A stretch of 64,000 nucleotides of DNA from an uncultured Trueperaceae bacterium (GTDB lineage: Bacteria; Deinococcota; Deinococci; Deinococcales; Trueperaceae): assembly GCA_963815215.1 (NCBI GenBank), contig CAWFFU010000008.1, positions 32,001 through 96,000 on the forward strand, given 5' to 3'. Positions 20,086-31,100 of this stretch are shown here, one piece after another. Numbering within the stretch: the stretch's first letter is position 1; every line of letters begins with the position of its first letter. Under the pieces are notes generated by a model. The model saw only the letters and a list, made by a program, of their open reading frames with translations. It was not told the DNA's origin and did no database searches. Both the position numbers and the translations under genes were made by a program.

Positions 20086-21336
20086 CTACAGCTCGGCGTC
20101 GAGCCGTTCGAGGGCGTCGAGCAGGACCGCTGCACCGGCGGCGACGTCGCCGGCGGCGGCCTGTTCGTCGGGATGGTGGCTCAGGCCGTCGACACAGGGG
20201 ATGAAGATCATCCCTACCGGGCACACCTGCGCCACTTGCATGGCGTCGTGCCCCGCGCCGCTCGACAGCCGCCGGTGGCCGAGCCCGCGAGCGTCGCAGG
20301 CGGCCTCCAGTGCCGCCACCAGGCGGGAGTCGCTGCGTACGGCGGGTGCCGCGTCGACGACGGCGGCCTCGAGCTCGAGCCCCAACGCCTCGGCGCGTTC
20401 CCGGGCACGGCGGCGCGTTTCGTCGAGGAAGCCCGCCACCTCGGTCTCGTCGAGCGAGCGCGCCTCCAGCACCAGTCTGACCTCACCGGGGACGACGTTC
20501 GCTCCGTTCGGGAACACCTCCAGCCGACCGACGGTCGCGACCAGCCCGCTCGCCGCCCCCGTCGCCCGCGCGCGTTCCCACACGTCTTGCACCAACGCCG
20601 CGGCGCCGACCAGCGCATCGCGCCGCAGCGCCATCGGGGTGGTGCCGGCGTGGCCCGCCTTGCCCCGCAACGTAACGTCCATCCGCTGGATCGCCACGAT
20701 CCCCTCCACCACGCCGATCGGAAGACCCTCGCGCTCCAGCACGGGTCCCTGTTCGATGTGCAACTCCAGGAAGGCCGCCAGCCGCCCGGCGTCGGGCAGC
20801 GGCGCGTCCAGCGCCGCCGGGTCGCCGCCCATGCGGGCCAGCGCCGCCGCCAGCGACTCGCCGTCCGGCCCGACGCCGGCGAGCAGGGCCGGCGTCAGGG
20901 TGCCGGCCAACGCACCGCTGCCGACGCAGGCGGCGCCGTAGTCGCTGGGCTCCTCGGAGAGGAAGTCGTACACGAACAGCGGATGCTCGAGTTCGACCCC
21001 GCTCTCGTGCAGCACTTGTGCCGCCTCCAGCGCCGCCACCACGCCGGCGACGCCGTCGAAGCGGCCGCCGCCGACCACCGTGTCGATGTGCGAGCCAGCC
21101 GCCAGGGCGCGGGCGCCCGACCGGCGCCCCGCCCGCCGGCCCACCAGGTTGCCTCCGGCGTCCAGCGCAGGCTCGAGCCCGGCGCTTCGGAACTCTTCGG
21201 CGAGCCACGCCCGGGCCTGCCGGTAGAGGTCGGTGAAGGCGCGGCGAGTGTAGGGCCGCTCGGCTTCCGTGAACGTTGCCAACCGGTCGATGCGGCGCCG
21301 GATGCGGGCCTCGTCGACCACCGGACGAGCGCTCAC
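20086..21336 (-). CDS. Zn-dependent hydrolase (N-carbamoyl-amino-acid/allantoate amidohydrolase family)
   Basis: GSHIDTV, GRFDGVAG, ELHIEQGP, HAGTTPM, SGAGHDA. Confidence 0.92.
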   Translation of the reverse strand: MSARPVVDEARIRRRIDRLATFTEAERPYTRRAFTDLYRQARAWLAEEFRSAGLEPALDAGGNLVGRRAGRRSGARALAAGSHIDTVVGGGRFDGVAGVVAALEAAQVLHESGVELEHPLFVYDFLSEEPSDYGAACVGSGALAGTLTPALLAGVGPDGESLAAALARMGGDPAALDAPLPDAGRLAAFLELHIEQGPVLEREGLPIGVVEGIVAIQRMDVTLRGKAGHAGTTPMALRRDALVGAAALVQDVWERARATGAASGLVATVGRLEVFPNGANVVPGEVRLVLEARSLDETEVAGFLDETRRRARERAEALGLELEAAVVDAAPAVRSDSRLVAALEAACDARGLGHRRLSSGAGHDAMQVAQVCPVGMIFIPCVDGLSHHPDEQAAAGDVAAGAAVLLDALERLDAEL

Positions 21337-22238
21337 GCCGGCTCGTGCGCGCCGGGTTCGAGCCGTAGTCCGACGCGCGTGACGATGCTCTCGAGCTCGT
21401 CGCGGCTGACGTCGTCCAGCGCCATGCCGGGCGGGCGGATGAACTCCGAGGTGAACACCCCGCGCCTGCGGTAGATGTGCTTGCGGAACGCCAGCCCGAT
21501 CTTGGGCTGGAACTCGTAGCGGATGAGCGGCATGTAGTGATCGAAGGTGCGGGCCGCGCCCGGCACGTCCCCAGCACGGAACTGCCGGTAGATCCTCACC
21601 AGCACCTCGGGGAACGCGAAGCCGGTCATGATGCCCACCGCGCCGCGCTGCAACTCCTCCAGGAAGTACTCGCCGCCGAGCCCGCCGAACACCCCGATGC
21701 GCCCCTCGGTCAGCTCCCGGATGCGGCTCAGCTTGGTCAGCACCGGCGGGTCCTCCAGCTTGATGTACGGCGCGAACCCGTCGTTCGCCAGGCGCGCCAC
21801 CAGCTCCGGTGACAGGCTGATGCCGAACGACGCCGGGTAGTCGTGCAAGATGACCGGCACCTCGATCGCTTGCGCGACGGCGCGGTAGTGCTGGTACAGC
21901 GCGGCGTCGGATTGCGGCGCGATGGGCGCCACGAACACCGCGCTGGCGCCCAGCTCCTGCGCGGCGCGCGCCTGCTCCACCGCGCCCGCCGTGCCCAGCG
22001 CGCGCACCCCCACCCACACCGGGATCTTGCCCGCGGCGCGCGCCACCACCGTCTGGACGACGGTGCGGCGCTCGGCTTCCGCCAGCTTGTGCGCCTCACC
22101 CAGGAACCCCAGGATCGCCACGCCGTCCACCCCGGCCTCGAGCTGGAAGTCGATGAGCCGCTCCAGGCTCGCCACATCCAGCGCACCGCCATCCGTGAAC
22201 GGCGTCGGCAAGATCGGATTCACACCATGCAGGTCCAT
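21333..22238 (-). CDS. dihydrodipicolinate synthase (DapA-like) family aldolase
   Basis: PILPTPF, ILGFLGE, YIKLED; GGAGG RBS. Confidence 0.88.
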   Translation of the reverse strand: MDLHGVNPILPTPFTDGGALDVASLERLIDFQLEAGVDGVAILGFLGEAHKLAEAERRTVVQTVVARAAGKIPVWVGVRALGTAGAVEQARAAQELGASAVFVAPIAPQSDAALYQHYRAVAQAIEVPVILHDYPASFGISLSPELVARLANDGFAPYIKLEDPPVLTKLSRIRELTEGRIGVFGGLGGEYFLEELQRGAVGIMTGFAFPEVLVRIYRQFRAGDVPGAARTFDHYMPLIRYEFQPKIGLAFRKHIYRRRGVFTSEFIRPPGMALDDVSRDELESIVTRVGLRLEPGAHEPA

Positions 22239-22488
22239 CGTCGCCTCCTTGGCGGTGGGGCCACAGTCGTGCCACAGCTGCGCAGCGGTGCCGCCGCTGG
22301 GCCGTCGCGCTGCGATCGCAGCGCGACCGAAGCGCAGCGGCAACGCTCGGGCGGTCCCGGGAGCCGCTCGAACCAGCGGCTCCCACAGGATGAACCACGC
22401 GCGCGGCCGCCGCAGCGCCGCGCGGGAGTTGTACCGTGCCGGACCGAGCGTCACCCGACAGCGGCCGCCGCCGGCCTAGGCCCCACGC

Positions 22489-23790
22489 TCAGGTCACGGA
22501 CGAGCGGGCGTCGTCGTAGGCATGGTGGCGGCCCTCCTCGACGATCCCCACCAACCGGTCGACGGAGTCCCAGACGTCGACGAACCGGGTATACAGCGGC
22601 GCCAGGCCGAAGCGGATGGTGTCGGGCTCACGGAAATCGGGCACCACGTCGGCATCGATGAGGGCGCGGTTGATGCGGTAGCCGTCGGGGTGGCGCAGGC
22701 TCACGTGCGAGCCGCGCCGCGCCGGATCGCGCGGTGTTCCCAGCGTGAACCCCAGCGGCACCAGGCGAGTATCGACCAGCTCCACCAGGAGGCGGGTCAG
22801 CGCCTCGGACTTGGCGCGTACGGCGCCCACCCCGGCCTGCTCCAGCGGCTCCAGACCGGACTCGATCGCCAGCAGCGACAGCACCGGCGGCGTTCCGACC
22901 AGGAAGCGGTCGATGCCGTCGGCGGGCTCGTACGCGAGATCGAACCCGAACGGCGTCTTGCGCCCGAACCAACCCTCGACCGGCGAGCGCAGCCGCTCCT
23001 GGAGTCCCCGACCGACGTAGAGGAAGGCGGGAGCTCCCGGTCCGCCGTTGAGGTACTTGTAGGTGCACCCCACCGCCAGCTCGACGCCCCAGGCGTCGAG
23101 CTCGATGGGCACCACGCCCGCCGAGTGGCTGAGGTCCCACAGCGTCCATGCGCCGACCGCGCGCGCCCGCGCCACCACGGCCTCGACATCGTGCAGATAG
23201 CCGCTCTTGAAGGCGACGTGCGACAGCACCACCAGAGCCGTGCCCTCGTCGATAGCGGCCGTCAACGCCTCCAGATCCGGCTCCACGCCGTCGGCGCCGG
23301 CCGGCACGACCTCGAGGGCGGCCCCGTGGTGCGCGCCGCGCACCACGCTCTGCAGGGTGTAGAGGTCCGACGGGAAGTTCATCGCGTCCGACACCAGCTT
23401 GGGGCGCTGCGGCCGGGCGCCCAACGCGGCACCCGCCAGCTTGAAGAGGTTGACCGTGGTGCTGTCGCTCACCACCACCTGGCCGGCGGCGGCGCCGATC
23501 AGCGGAGCCAGGCGCTCCCCGATGCGGCGGGGCGCCTCGATCCAGCCGCGCCCCCAGCTCTCGACGAGATGGCGGCCCCAGTCCTGCTCCACCGCCGCCG
23601 CCAGGCGCTCCCGGGTGCGCCGGGGGAGGCGGCCCAGGGAGTTGCCGTCGAGGTAGATCCGCGGCGCGTCGTCGATCACGAACGCCTGACGGTAGGACGC
23701 GAGGGGGTCCTCGCGGTCGAGCTGCTCGGCGCGGCCCCGCGGTGGAGGTTCGCCTACAGGGGCCTCGGCGTGTCGTGGATCGGCGTCCAT
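22489..23790 (-). CDS. kynU: kynureninase
   Basis: IYLDGNSLG, WDLSHSAG, GCTYKYLNGGPG, DFREPD. Confidence 0.93.
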   Translation of the reverse strand: MDADPRHAEAPVGEPPPRGRAEQLDREDPLASYRQAFVIDDAPRIYLDGNSLGRLPRRTRERLAAAVEQDWGRHLVESWGRGWIEAPRRIGERLAPLIGAAAGQVVVSDSTTVNLFKLAGAALGARPQRPKLVSDAMNFPSDLYTLQSVVRGAHHGAALEVVPAGADGVEPDLEALTAAIDEGTALVVLSHVAFKSGYLHDVEAVVARARAVGAWTLWDLSHSAGVVPIELDAWGVELAVGCTYKYLNGGPGAPAFLYVGRGLQERLRSPVEGWFGRKTPFGFDLAYEPADGIDRFLVGTPPVLSLLAIESGLEPLEQAGVGAVRAKSEALTRLLVELVDTRLVPLGFTLGTPRDPARRGSHVSLRHPDGYRINRALIDADVVPDFREPDTIRFGLAPLYTRFVDVWDSVDRLVGIVEEGRHHAYDDARSSVT

Positions 23791-23935
23791 GCCCGCCATC
23801 GTACGTGCGCCCGAGGCCCGCCGGCCCGAGACCACACGTCCGCCCGCGCAAGCCGTGCATCCCACCTGCACATCTCGCCAACATGGCGGCCTTAGCATCG
23901 GGGTGGAAGTCGCCCACTTCGGGCCGGTGCCGATC

Positions 23936-24622
23936 ATGACCAAGACGGTCCTCATCGTCGACGACAAGCTGAGCCTCACGCGACTGCTCCAGGAGTACCT
24001 GGGCAAGCAGGGTTACCGTACGGTCGTCGCAGACAACGGCCGCAACGCTCTGTTCACGGCACGCCACGCCAAACCCGATCTCATCCTCCTGGACGTGATG
24101 ATGCCGGAGATGGACGGGCTCGAGTTCATCCGCACCTACCGCCGCGAGTCCGACACCCCGATCATCCTCCTCACGGCGCGGGTCGAAGAGGCCGACAAGG
24201 TGGCCGGGCTGGAGCTCGGCGCCGACGACTACGTCACCAAGCCGTTCGGCATGGCCGAGCTCAACGCCCGCGTGCGCGCCGTGTTGCGGCGCTACGAGCA
24301 GCGGGAACGGACCGAGGAGCGCCTTCTGGTCGGCGCGGTCGAGCTCGACCGCGTCCGGCACACGGTTCGCGTGGACGGGAACTCGGTCGACCTGACCCCC
24401 TCGGAGTTCGACCTGCTCGCCACCATGATGGCGGCGCCGGGCAGGGTCTTCAGCCGCACCGACCTGATCGAGCACCTGCCCGGCGAGAGCCCGGAGCGGG
24501 TGGAGCGCACCATCGACGCCCACGTCCGCAACCTGCGTAAGAAGCTGGAGCGCGACCCCCGGAAGCCGCGCTACGTGGAGACCGTCTTCGGCGTCGGCTA
24601 CCGTTTCAGGCCCGAGGCCTAG
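23936..24622 (+). CDS. OmpR-family response regulator
   Basis: VLIVDD, LLDVMMP, GADDYVTKPF, ETVFGVGY. Confidence 0.95.
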   Translation: MTKTVLIVDDKLSLTRLLQEYLGKQGYRTVVADNGRNALFTARHAKPDLILLDVMMPEMDGLEFIRTYRRESDTPIILLTARVEEADKVAGLELGADDYVTKPFGMAELNARVRAVLRRYEQRERTEERLLVGAVELDRVRHTVRVDGNSVDLTPSEFDLLATMMAAPGRVFSRTDLIEHLPGESPERVERTIDAHVRNLRKKLERDPRKPRYVETVFGVGYRFRPEA

Positions 24623-24625
24623 AGC

Positions 24626-26197
24626 GTGCGGTCGATCCGCACCAAGCTGACGCTCATCATCATCGCCACCAGCGTGCTGGCGGTGGCGTTGGTGGGCGTC
24701 AGCGCGCGCTGGATCACCCACACCCAGTTCAACAACTTCCGTCTGGAGCAGACGCGCAGCGCCTTCATCGACGCCGCGACCGCTTACTACCAGGACCACG
24801 GCAACTGGGTGGGCGCCGAGACGGCCCTGCAGCGCGAGGTCGACCGCATCCTAGGAGTGCCCGGCGGCGACCGCTCGCGCCCCGACGCAGCACCGAAGGA
24901 CGCGGCGCCCGCCGGGTCGACCTCGACCGGGAGCCCCGCCGCCCCGGCAGCTCCGCCGGCTCGGCCGGGCACCCCGAGCGGCGCCGACTCTGAAGGCCTG
25001 CGGCCGTTGACGCCGGCCAACGGCGCGGCCGGATTTGGGCCCGCCGATGGCGCCATTGAGAGATTCGAACGCCACAACCCCTTCGCCCTGGCCAACCCGA
25101 AAGGAGTGGTCGTCATCGGCAGCCTGCGCTGGCACCTGGGCGCGACCCTTCCCGGCCGCGTGCTCCTCCGCGGCACGCCGGTGATGCTCGACGGGCAACG
25201 GATCGGTACGGTGACCTACAGCGCACCGCCTGAGCTGCGCACGTTGGAGCGCATCTACCTGCGTCGTACCGGTCAGGCGATCTTCTACGCCGCCATCGCC
25301 GCGGCGGCGCTGGCCCTGCTGATCGGCGTGCTCGCCACCCGGCTGCTGACGCGCCCGATCCGCGACCTCACCAGCGCCATCGGCAAGATGCGCGGCGGCG
25401 CGCTGGAGCAGTCGGTGCCGATCCGCTCGCAGGACGAGTTCGGCGAGATGGCGCAGGCCTTCAACGACATGAGCGCCGACGTGGCGCGCGGTCAGCGCCT
25501 GCGCGAACAGATGACGGCGGACATCGCGCACGACCTGCGGACGCCGCTATCGGTGCTGACGGGCTACCTGGAAGGCATCCGCGAGGGTGTCCTCGACGCC
25601 ACCCCCGCCACCATCGACACCATGTACGCCGAGGCAGTGCAGCTCCAGCACCTGGTCGAGGACCTGCGCACGTTGTCGATGGCGGACGCCGGGCGGCTGC
25701 GGTTGCAGTGCGAGACGATGGGCGCCGCCGAGCTGCTGCAGGGGACTCGTCAGGCGTTCCTGCCGCTGGCCGAGCAAGCGGGCGTCGCCCTCGAGATCGA
25801 GCTCGGCGACCCCCCTCCGGACCTGGATGTCGATCCCAGCCGCATGCGGCAGGTCCTTGCCAATCTGGTCAGCAACGCCCTGCAGCACACCTCCACCGGC
25901 GGTCACGTGAAGCTGAGCGCGCACCGGCAGGGCGGCCACGCCGTCCTGAGCGTGGCGGACGACGGCGCCGGTATCCCCGCCGATGCCTTGCCCCACATCT
26001 TCGAGCGCTTCTACCGGGTGGACGCCTCGCGCTCCGAGGGCGGCTCGGGCTCCGGCCTAGGACTGCCCATCGCGCGCTCGCTGGTGGAGGCGCACGGAGG
26101 CACCATCACCGCCGAGAGCGAGGCGGGCCGCGGCAGCACCATCACCGTGCGGCTGCCCGTCACCCCCTCCACGCCACCGTCGACCGCGCCCTTCTAG
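24626..26197 (+). CDS. HAMP sensor histidine kinase (BaeS-like)
   Basis: two TM segments, HAMP, IAHDLRTPL, NLVSNA, DDGAGI, GSGLGL. Confidence 0.95.
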   Translation: MRSIRTKLTLIIIATSVLAVALVGVSARWITHTQFNNFRLEQTRSAFIDAATAYYQDHGNWVGAETALQREVDRILGVPGGDRSRPDAAPKDAAPAGSTSTGSPAAPAAPPARPGTPSGADSEGLRPLTPANGAAGFGPADGAIERFERHNPFALANPKGVVVIGSLRWHLGATLPGRVLLRGTPVMLDGQRIGTVTYSAPPELRTLERIYLRRTGQAIFYAAIAAAALALLIGVLATRLLTRPIRDLTSAIGKMRGGALEQSVPIRSQDEFGEMAQAFNDMSADVARGQRLREQMTADIAHDLRTPLSVLTGYLEGIREGVLDATPATIDTMYAEAVQLQHLVEDLRTLSMADAGRLRLQCETMGAAELLQGTRQAFLPLAEQAGVALEIELGDPPPDLDVDPSRMRQVLANLVSNALQHTSTGGHVKLSAHRQGGHAVLSVADDGAGIPADALPHIFERFYRVDASRSEGGSGSGLGLPIARSLVEAHGGTITAESEAGRGSTITVRLPVTPSTPPSTAPF

Positions 26198-26247
26198 GCT
26201 CCCCCTTGGCAGGCGCGCCGCGAGCGGCCCGGCCACGGCGCCGTCGC

Positions 26248-27030
26248 TCAGCGGATGACGCGGCGCTGCATGCGCCACACCGCGAACACGCCCAGGGCCG
26301 TGCCCACCACCAACAGGTAGCCGACGTCGTACCCGAGCCCCTGCCAGTGGCCGTTGATGATGCCGCGCAGCAGCCGCACCGCCCGGTACAGCGGCGTCGC
26401 CTGAGCCACCCACACCAGCGAGGCGGGGAAGCGCTCCTGCACCGGGAAGAAGATCCCGGAGAACAGGAACGACGGCGTGATGAACAGCGTGAAGAAGTAG
26501 GAGAACACGTCGATGATGTGGATGACCGAGGTGAAGGCCAGGCCGATGGCGCTGAAGCAGTAACCGACCAGCGCGATGGCGGGCACGGCCAGCAGCAGCC
26601 GCCAGGTCAGCGGCGTGTCGAAGAACAGGGTGATCAACAGGAAGATGCCGCCGTAGATGACGGATCGGGTGACCGCCCACCACCACTCCCCTACCGCCAC
26701 GTCCTCCATGTTGACGCGGGTGGTCACCATGGCGTCGTAGAGCTTGCCGAAGTGCAACTTGACGAACACGTTGTAGGTGGTCTCGAAGGCGGCGCCGTTC
26801 ATGGCCGAAGCCGCCACCAGCCCGGGAGCGATGTAGCTCAGGTAGTCCTGGCCGAACTGCCCGCCGCTGCTGACGTAGTAGCCCAGGCCGACGCCGAGGC
26901 CGAGCAGGTAGAACAGCGGCTCGAAGAAGTTCGGCAGCAACCCGTAGTACCAGCGGTCGCGGTACACCCACAGGTTGCGCTGCCACACCCGGCCCGCGCT
27001 CCTGAGATCGATCACTCGGCTTCGTCCCAT
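26248..27030 (-). CDS. ABC-2 exporter permease (NodJ-like)
   Basis: EPLFYL, YIAPGL, LFSGIFFP. Confidence 0.88.
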   Translation of the reverse strand: MGRSRVIDLRSAGRVWQRNLWVYRDRWYYGLLPNFFEPLFYLLGLGVGLGYYVSSGGQFGQDYLSYIAPGLVAASAMNGAAFETTYNVFVKLHFGKLYDAMVTTRVNMEDVAVGEWWWAVTRSVIYGGIFLLITLFFDTPLTWRLLLAVPAIALVGYCFSAIGLAFTSVIHIIDVFSYFFTLFITPSFLFSGIFFPVQERFPASLVWVAQATPLYRAVRLLRGIINGHWQGLGYDVGYLLVVGTALGVFAVWRMQRRVIR

Positions 27031-27034
27031 GCCC

Positions 27035-27967
27035 TCACTCCCTGAGCGCCCGTCCGGTGAGCTTGAGGAAGACGTCCTCCAGGTTGGCCGGCCGCACGAA
27101 GGCGCGCTCGAGCCGCCACCCCTGCCCGCGAAGGCTCGCCAACGCCGCGTCGGCGTCGTCGACGAAGACGCTCACCCGGTCGCCGCTACGTACCGCGTCG
27201 AGCCCCAGTTTGCCGGCGGCGTCCTCGAGCCGGTGTCCCTCCCCGGCCTCGGCGCGCGCCTCGATGACCAGCGGCGGCAGGTGGTCGCGGATCAACGCCT
27301 GCGGGGCGCCCGAGGCGATGATGCTGCCGTGATCCATGATCACCAGCCGGTCACACAGCCGCTCGGCCTCATCCATGTAGTGGGTGCTCATCATGAGCGT
27401 CTTGCCCTGCGTGCGTAGCTCCTCGAGCTTGTTCCATAGGTTGAGGCGCACCTGCGGGTCGAGACCGGTGGTGGGCTCGTCGAGCACCACGATCTCCGGG
27501 TCGTTCATCAGCCCGCGCGCCAGCGTCAAGCGCCGCTTCATGCCCCCCGACAGCTCGTCGACCATGACGTTGCGCTTCTCGACCAGGTCGGCGAAGACGA
27601 GCAGCTCTTCGGCACGCTGCCGGGCGCGGGCGCCGGCGATGCCGTTGAACCGCGCGTAGATCAACAGGTTGTCCATCACACGGAGCTCGGTGTCGAGGTT
27701 GTCCATCTGCGGCACCACGCCGAGACGCTGCTTGATGGCGCGGGCGCGCTCGCCCGCCGGCATGCCCAGCACCCGCAACGTGCCCGACGTGCTGGGTGTG
27801 ACCTGATAGATCATCCGCATCAGCGTGGACTTGCCGGCGCCGTTGGGCCCGAGCATGCCGAAGAACTCGCCGCGGCGGACCTCGAAGCTCACGCCCTCAA
27901 CGGCATGTACGTCTCCGTATCGTTTGACCAGCGAGGCGACCTCGACGACGGCTTCGGTTGACGACAT
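27035..27967 (-). CDS. ABC exporter ATP-binding protein (NodI-like)
   Basis: GPNGAGKS, GVVPQMDNLD, LSGGMKRRL, LDEPTTGLDPQ. Confidence 0.92.
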   Translation of the reverse strand: MSSTEAVVEVASLVKRYGDVHAVEGVSFEVRRGEFFGMLGPNGAGKSTLMRMIYQVTPSTSGTLRVLGMPAGERARAIKQRLGVVPQMDNLDTELRVMDNLLIYARFNGIAGARARQRAEELLVFADLVEKRNVMVDELSGGMKRRLTLARGLMNDPEIVVLDEPTTGLDPQVRLNLWNKLEELRTQGKTLMMSTHYMDEAERLCDRLVIMDHGSIIASGAPQALIRDHLPPLVIEARAEAGEGHRLEDAAGKLGLDAVRSGDRVSVFVDDADAALASLRGQGWRLERAFVRPANLEDVFLKLTGRALRE

Positions 27968-28186
27968 GCTCCTCCACGGGCGGTTGCGAGCGGTCCGCGC
28001 CATTCTAACGAGGTGGCGCCGCCGGCCGGCGCGGAACGGCTACCTTACCAGCGCGGTCGGGGTCCGTGCGGTGGCTGCGCTTGACAGCCCACCGACCCTC
28101 CCCCATGCTTGAAGTCCCTCGACACGCCGGAAACGCTTGCCTCGACGACCTGGGTCCCGGACCTCGTGCATCTCAGGAAGGGGAGG

Positions 28187-31100
28187 GTGACGCAGCTGCG
28201 GCTCCGCATCGAACTTCTCGGACATGTCCGCATCCTGGACGGCGGCACGCCCGTGGCGGCGCTCGCGTCGGCACGTCGCTGCAGCCTGCTGGCCTACCTG
28301 ATTCTGCACCGCCACGTGGCCGTGCGACGCGAACGTCTGGCCTCCCTGTTCTGGCCTGACTCGGAGGAAGGGCAGGCGCGCACCAACCTGCGGCGCGAAC
28401 TCCACCACCTCCGCGCCGACCTGCCATGCGCCGACGAAGTGTTGCGGGTCGATGCCGACACGCTGCAATGGGTGTCCGGGGACACGGTGGAGGTCGATGT
28501 CGAGGCGCTCGAGACAGCCCTGGAGGCCGCCGCCGCCGCACGCAGCGGCGGCGACCCGCGCGCAGAGAGTGGCGCCCTCGAGAGGGCGGCCGTCCTCTAC
28601 CGCGGCGACCTGCTGCCCGCCAGCTACGACGACTGGTTGGAAGGCGAACGGCAACGCCTTCGTTGCGCCGTCCTGGCCGGTCTCGAGCGACTGGTGGGGC
28701 TGGCCGAGTCATCGGGCGACACGGCGGCGGCGCTGGCGCATGCCGAGCGCTTGCTGGGCATCGATCCCGCCGCCGAGTCCGCCTACCGCGCCCTGATGCG
28801 CTTGCACCAGCGCGACGGCAACCGCGCCGCCGCCATCCACGCCTTCCACCGCTGCGCCGGCGCCCTGCAGCGCGAGCTCGAGGTGACACCGAGCGATGCG
28901 ACCCGCGCCGCCTACGAGGCACTGCTCGCTACCGAAGGCGGAACCGACCGCCGTGCGCCGCGCGAGGCGCGCGACGGCGCGCCTCTGGTCGGCCGCGATC
29001 GGGCGCTCGCCACGCTGGCGGAGGCCTGGGTCGACGCGCGCGCAGGCGCTTCTGGGGTGGTGGTGGTCTACGGCGAGGCGGGCATCGGCAAGACGCGCCT
29101 GGTTGAGGAGTTCGTGCGCCACAGCCATCCGCAGCAGGCGACCGTCGCCCGCAGCCGCGCCTACGCCGCCGAGGGCACCGTCAGCTACGGGCTCGCCGTG
29201 GACTGGCTTCGCACCCCCGCCGTCAGCGAGCGGGTGCGCGAGCTGCCCGCACCATGGCGCGCCGAGATCGCCCGCCTGGCCCCGGAGCTCGACCCGGAGG
29301 GGGCGCAGGAGCCCGACGCTCCCGACACCGTGCCCGCATCCTGGCAACGACGACGCCTGCTGGAGGCGATCGCCCGCGCGCTGCTGGCCGCGCCGGGCCC
29401 CCGGTTGCTGATCGCCGACGATCTGCAGTGGGCGGATGCCGACTCCCTGGACGTGCTCCGTCTGCTGACGCGCCTCGATGGCACGGCCCAGCTGCTCATC
29501 CTGGCCACGGCCCGCAGCGAGGAGTTGCCCGGTCGGCCGGCGCTGGAGCGCCTGCTACTGGAGTGGCGGGCGAGCGGCCGCCTGCGTGACGTGGAGCTGG
29601 GACGCCTCAGCCCGTCCGAGACCGAACGGCTGGCCCGAGACGTCGCCGGCGGACGGCTGTCGGCCGCTGACCTGGCCCGGATCGTGCGCGTCAGCGAGGG
29701 CGTGCCCTTGTTCGTGGTCGAGGCGTTGCTCGCCGGGGACGGCGACGCGGACGCACTCCCGCCCGGGGAGGCCACCGACACCCTCACCGCACTTCCTCCC
29801 CGCGTGCGCGCCGTCCTCAGCGCGCGCCTGCAGCAGCTCTCCCCGGCGGCAGCTTCGCTCGCTGAGCTGGCAGCCACCATCGGCCGCGCCTTCCGTTTCG
29901 AGGTGCTGCGCCAGGCGTCCGATCGGACCGAGGAGGAACTGGTCCGGGCGCTGGACGAGCTGTGGCGCCGCCGCATCGTGCGCGAGCAGGCGGCCGGTGC
30001 CTACGACTTCAGTCACGACGCTCTGCGCGACGCCGCCCGTCAGGGTGCCGACCCGGCCCGCCGGCGGCTGCTCCACCGGCGCGTGGCACGCGCCCTCGAG
30101 CACCTTCAAGCCGAGGGGGCGGGTCCCATGAGCGGCCGGCTGGCCCACCATTTCGAGCAGGGGGGCGAGCCGGGGCGCGCCGTCCATGCCTACCGGCAGG
30201 CGGCCCGTGAGGCGGGGGCGGTGTACGCTCACGGCGAGGCGGTGCGCCTTCTCGACCACGCGTTGGAGCTGGTGGCTGCGTTCCCGCCGTCCGAGGAGCG
30301 CGACCGGCGCGAGCTCGAGCTCCACCTGGCGAAGAGCATCCCCATCCGCTCACTGGGCGGCTACACCGCGCCGACCCTAGACCATGCCATGCGCCGCGCG
30401 CGTGAGCTAAGCGAGCGTCTCGGCGACCTGGGTGGGCTCAACCAGGCTCTGCGCAACCAGCAGAACACCCGCTTCGTGAGCGGCCGGCTGGCCGAGGCAC
30501 TGGAGCTGTCCGAGCGCCTGCAGGCGCTGGCCCGCGACGTGCCCGACAGGCAGGCGGAGGGCGACCACGCCATGGCGGGCTCGCTGTTGACGGCGGGCGA
30601 CGTGGAGGGCGCCCTGCGGCACTTCGAACGCGCCGAGCAGGGTTACGATCCCGCCACCGGCCGCCAGCAGCTCTCGGTGTTCGGAGCCGACCTGGGGGTG
30701 TTCACCGCCGGCTGGCGCGCGCATGCACTGTGGCTGGCGGGCTTCACCCCGGCCGCACTGGCCGCGTCCGAGCGCGGCGTGGCGCACGCCGACGAGCTCG
30801 GCCACGCCTATAGCCAGGCGCTCGCGCACGCCTACGGGGCTGCGCTCGACCACATGCGCCGCGACCGACGCGGCTGCCTGGCCCACGCCCGCACCACGGT
30901 CGAGATCTGCGAGACCTGCGGCTTCGCCTACTACGTGCACTGGGGGCGGCTGCTGGCCGCCTGGGCCGACGCTTCCCTCGCGCCGGGCGAGCGCGTGACG
31001 ATCATCGAGGGAGCCATCGCGGGGCTCGAGCAGGAGGGAGCGGCAGTGCGACGTCCCTTCTACCTCACCGTGCTGGCGCAGGCGCTGTCCCGCGCCGGCG

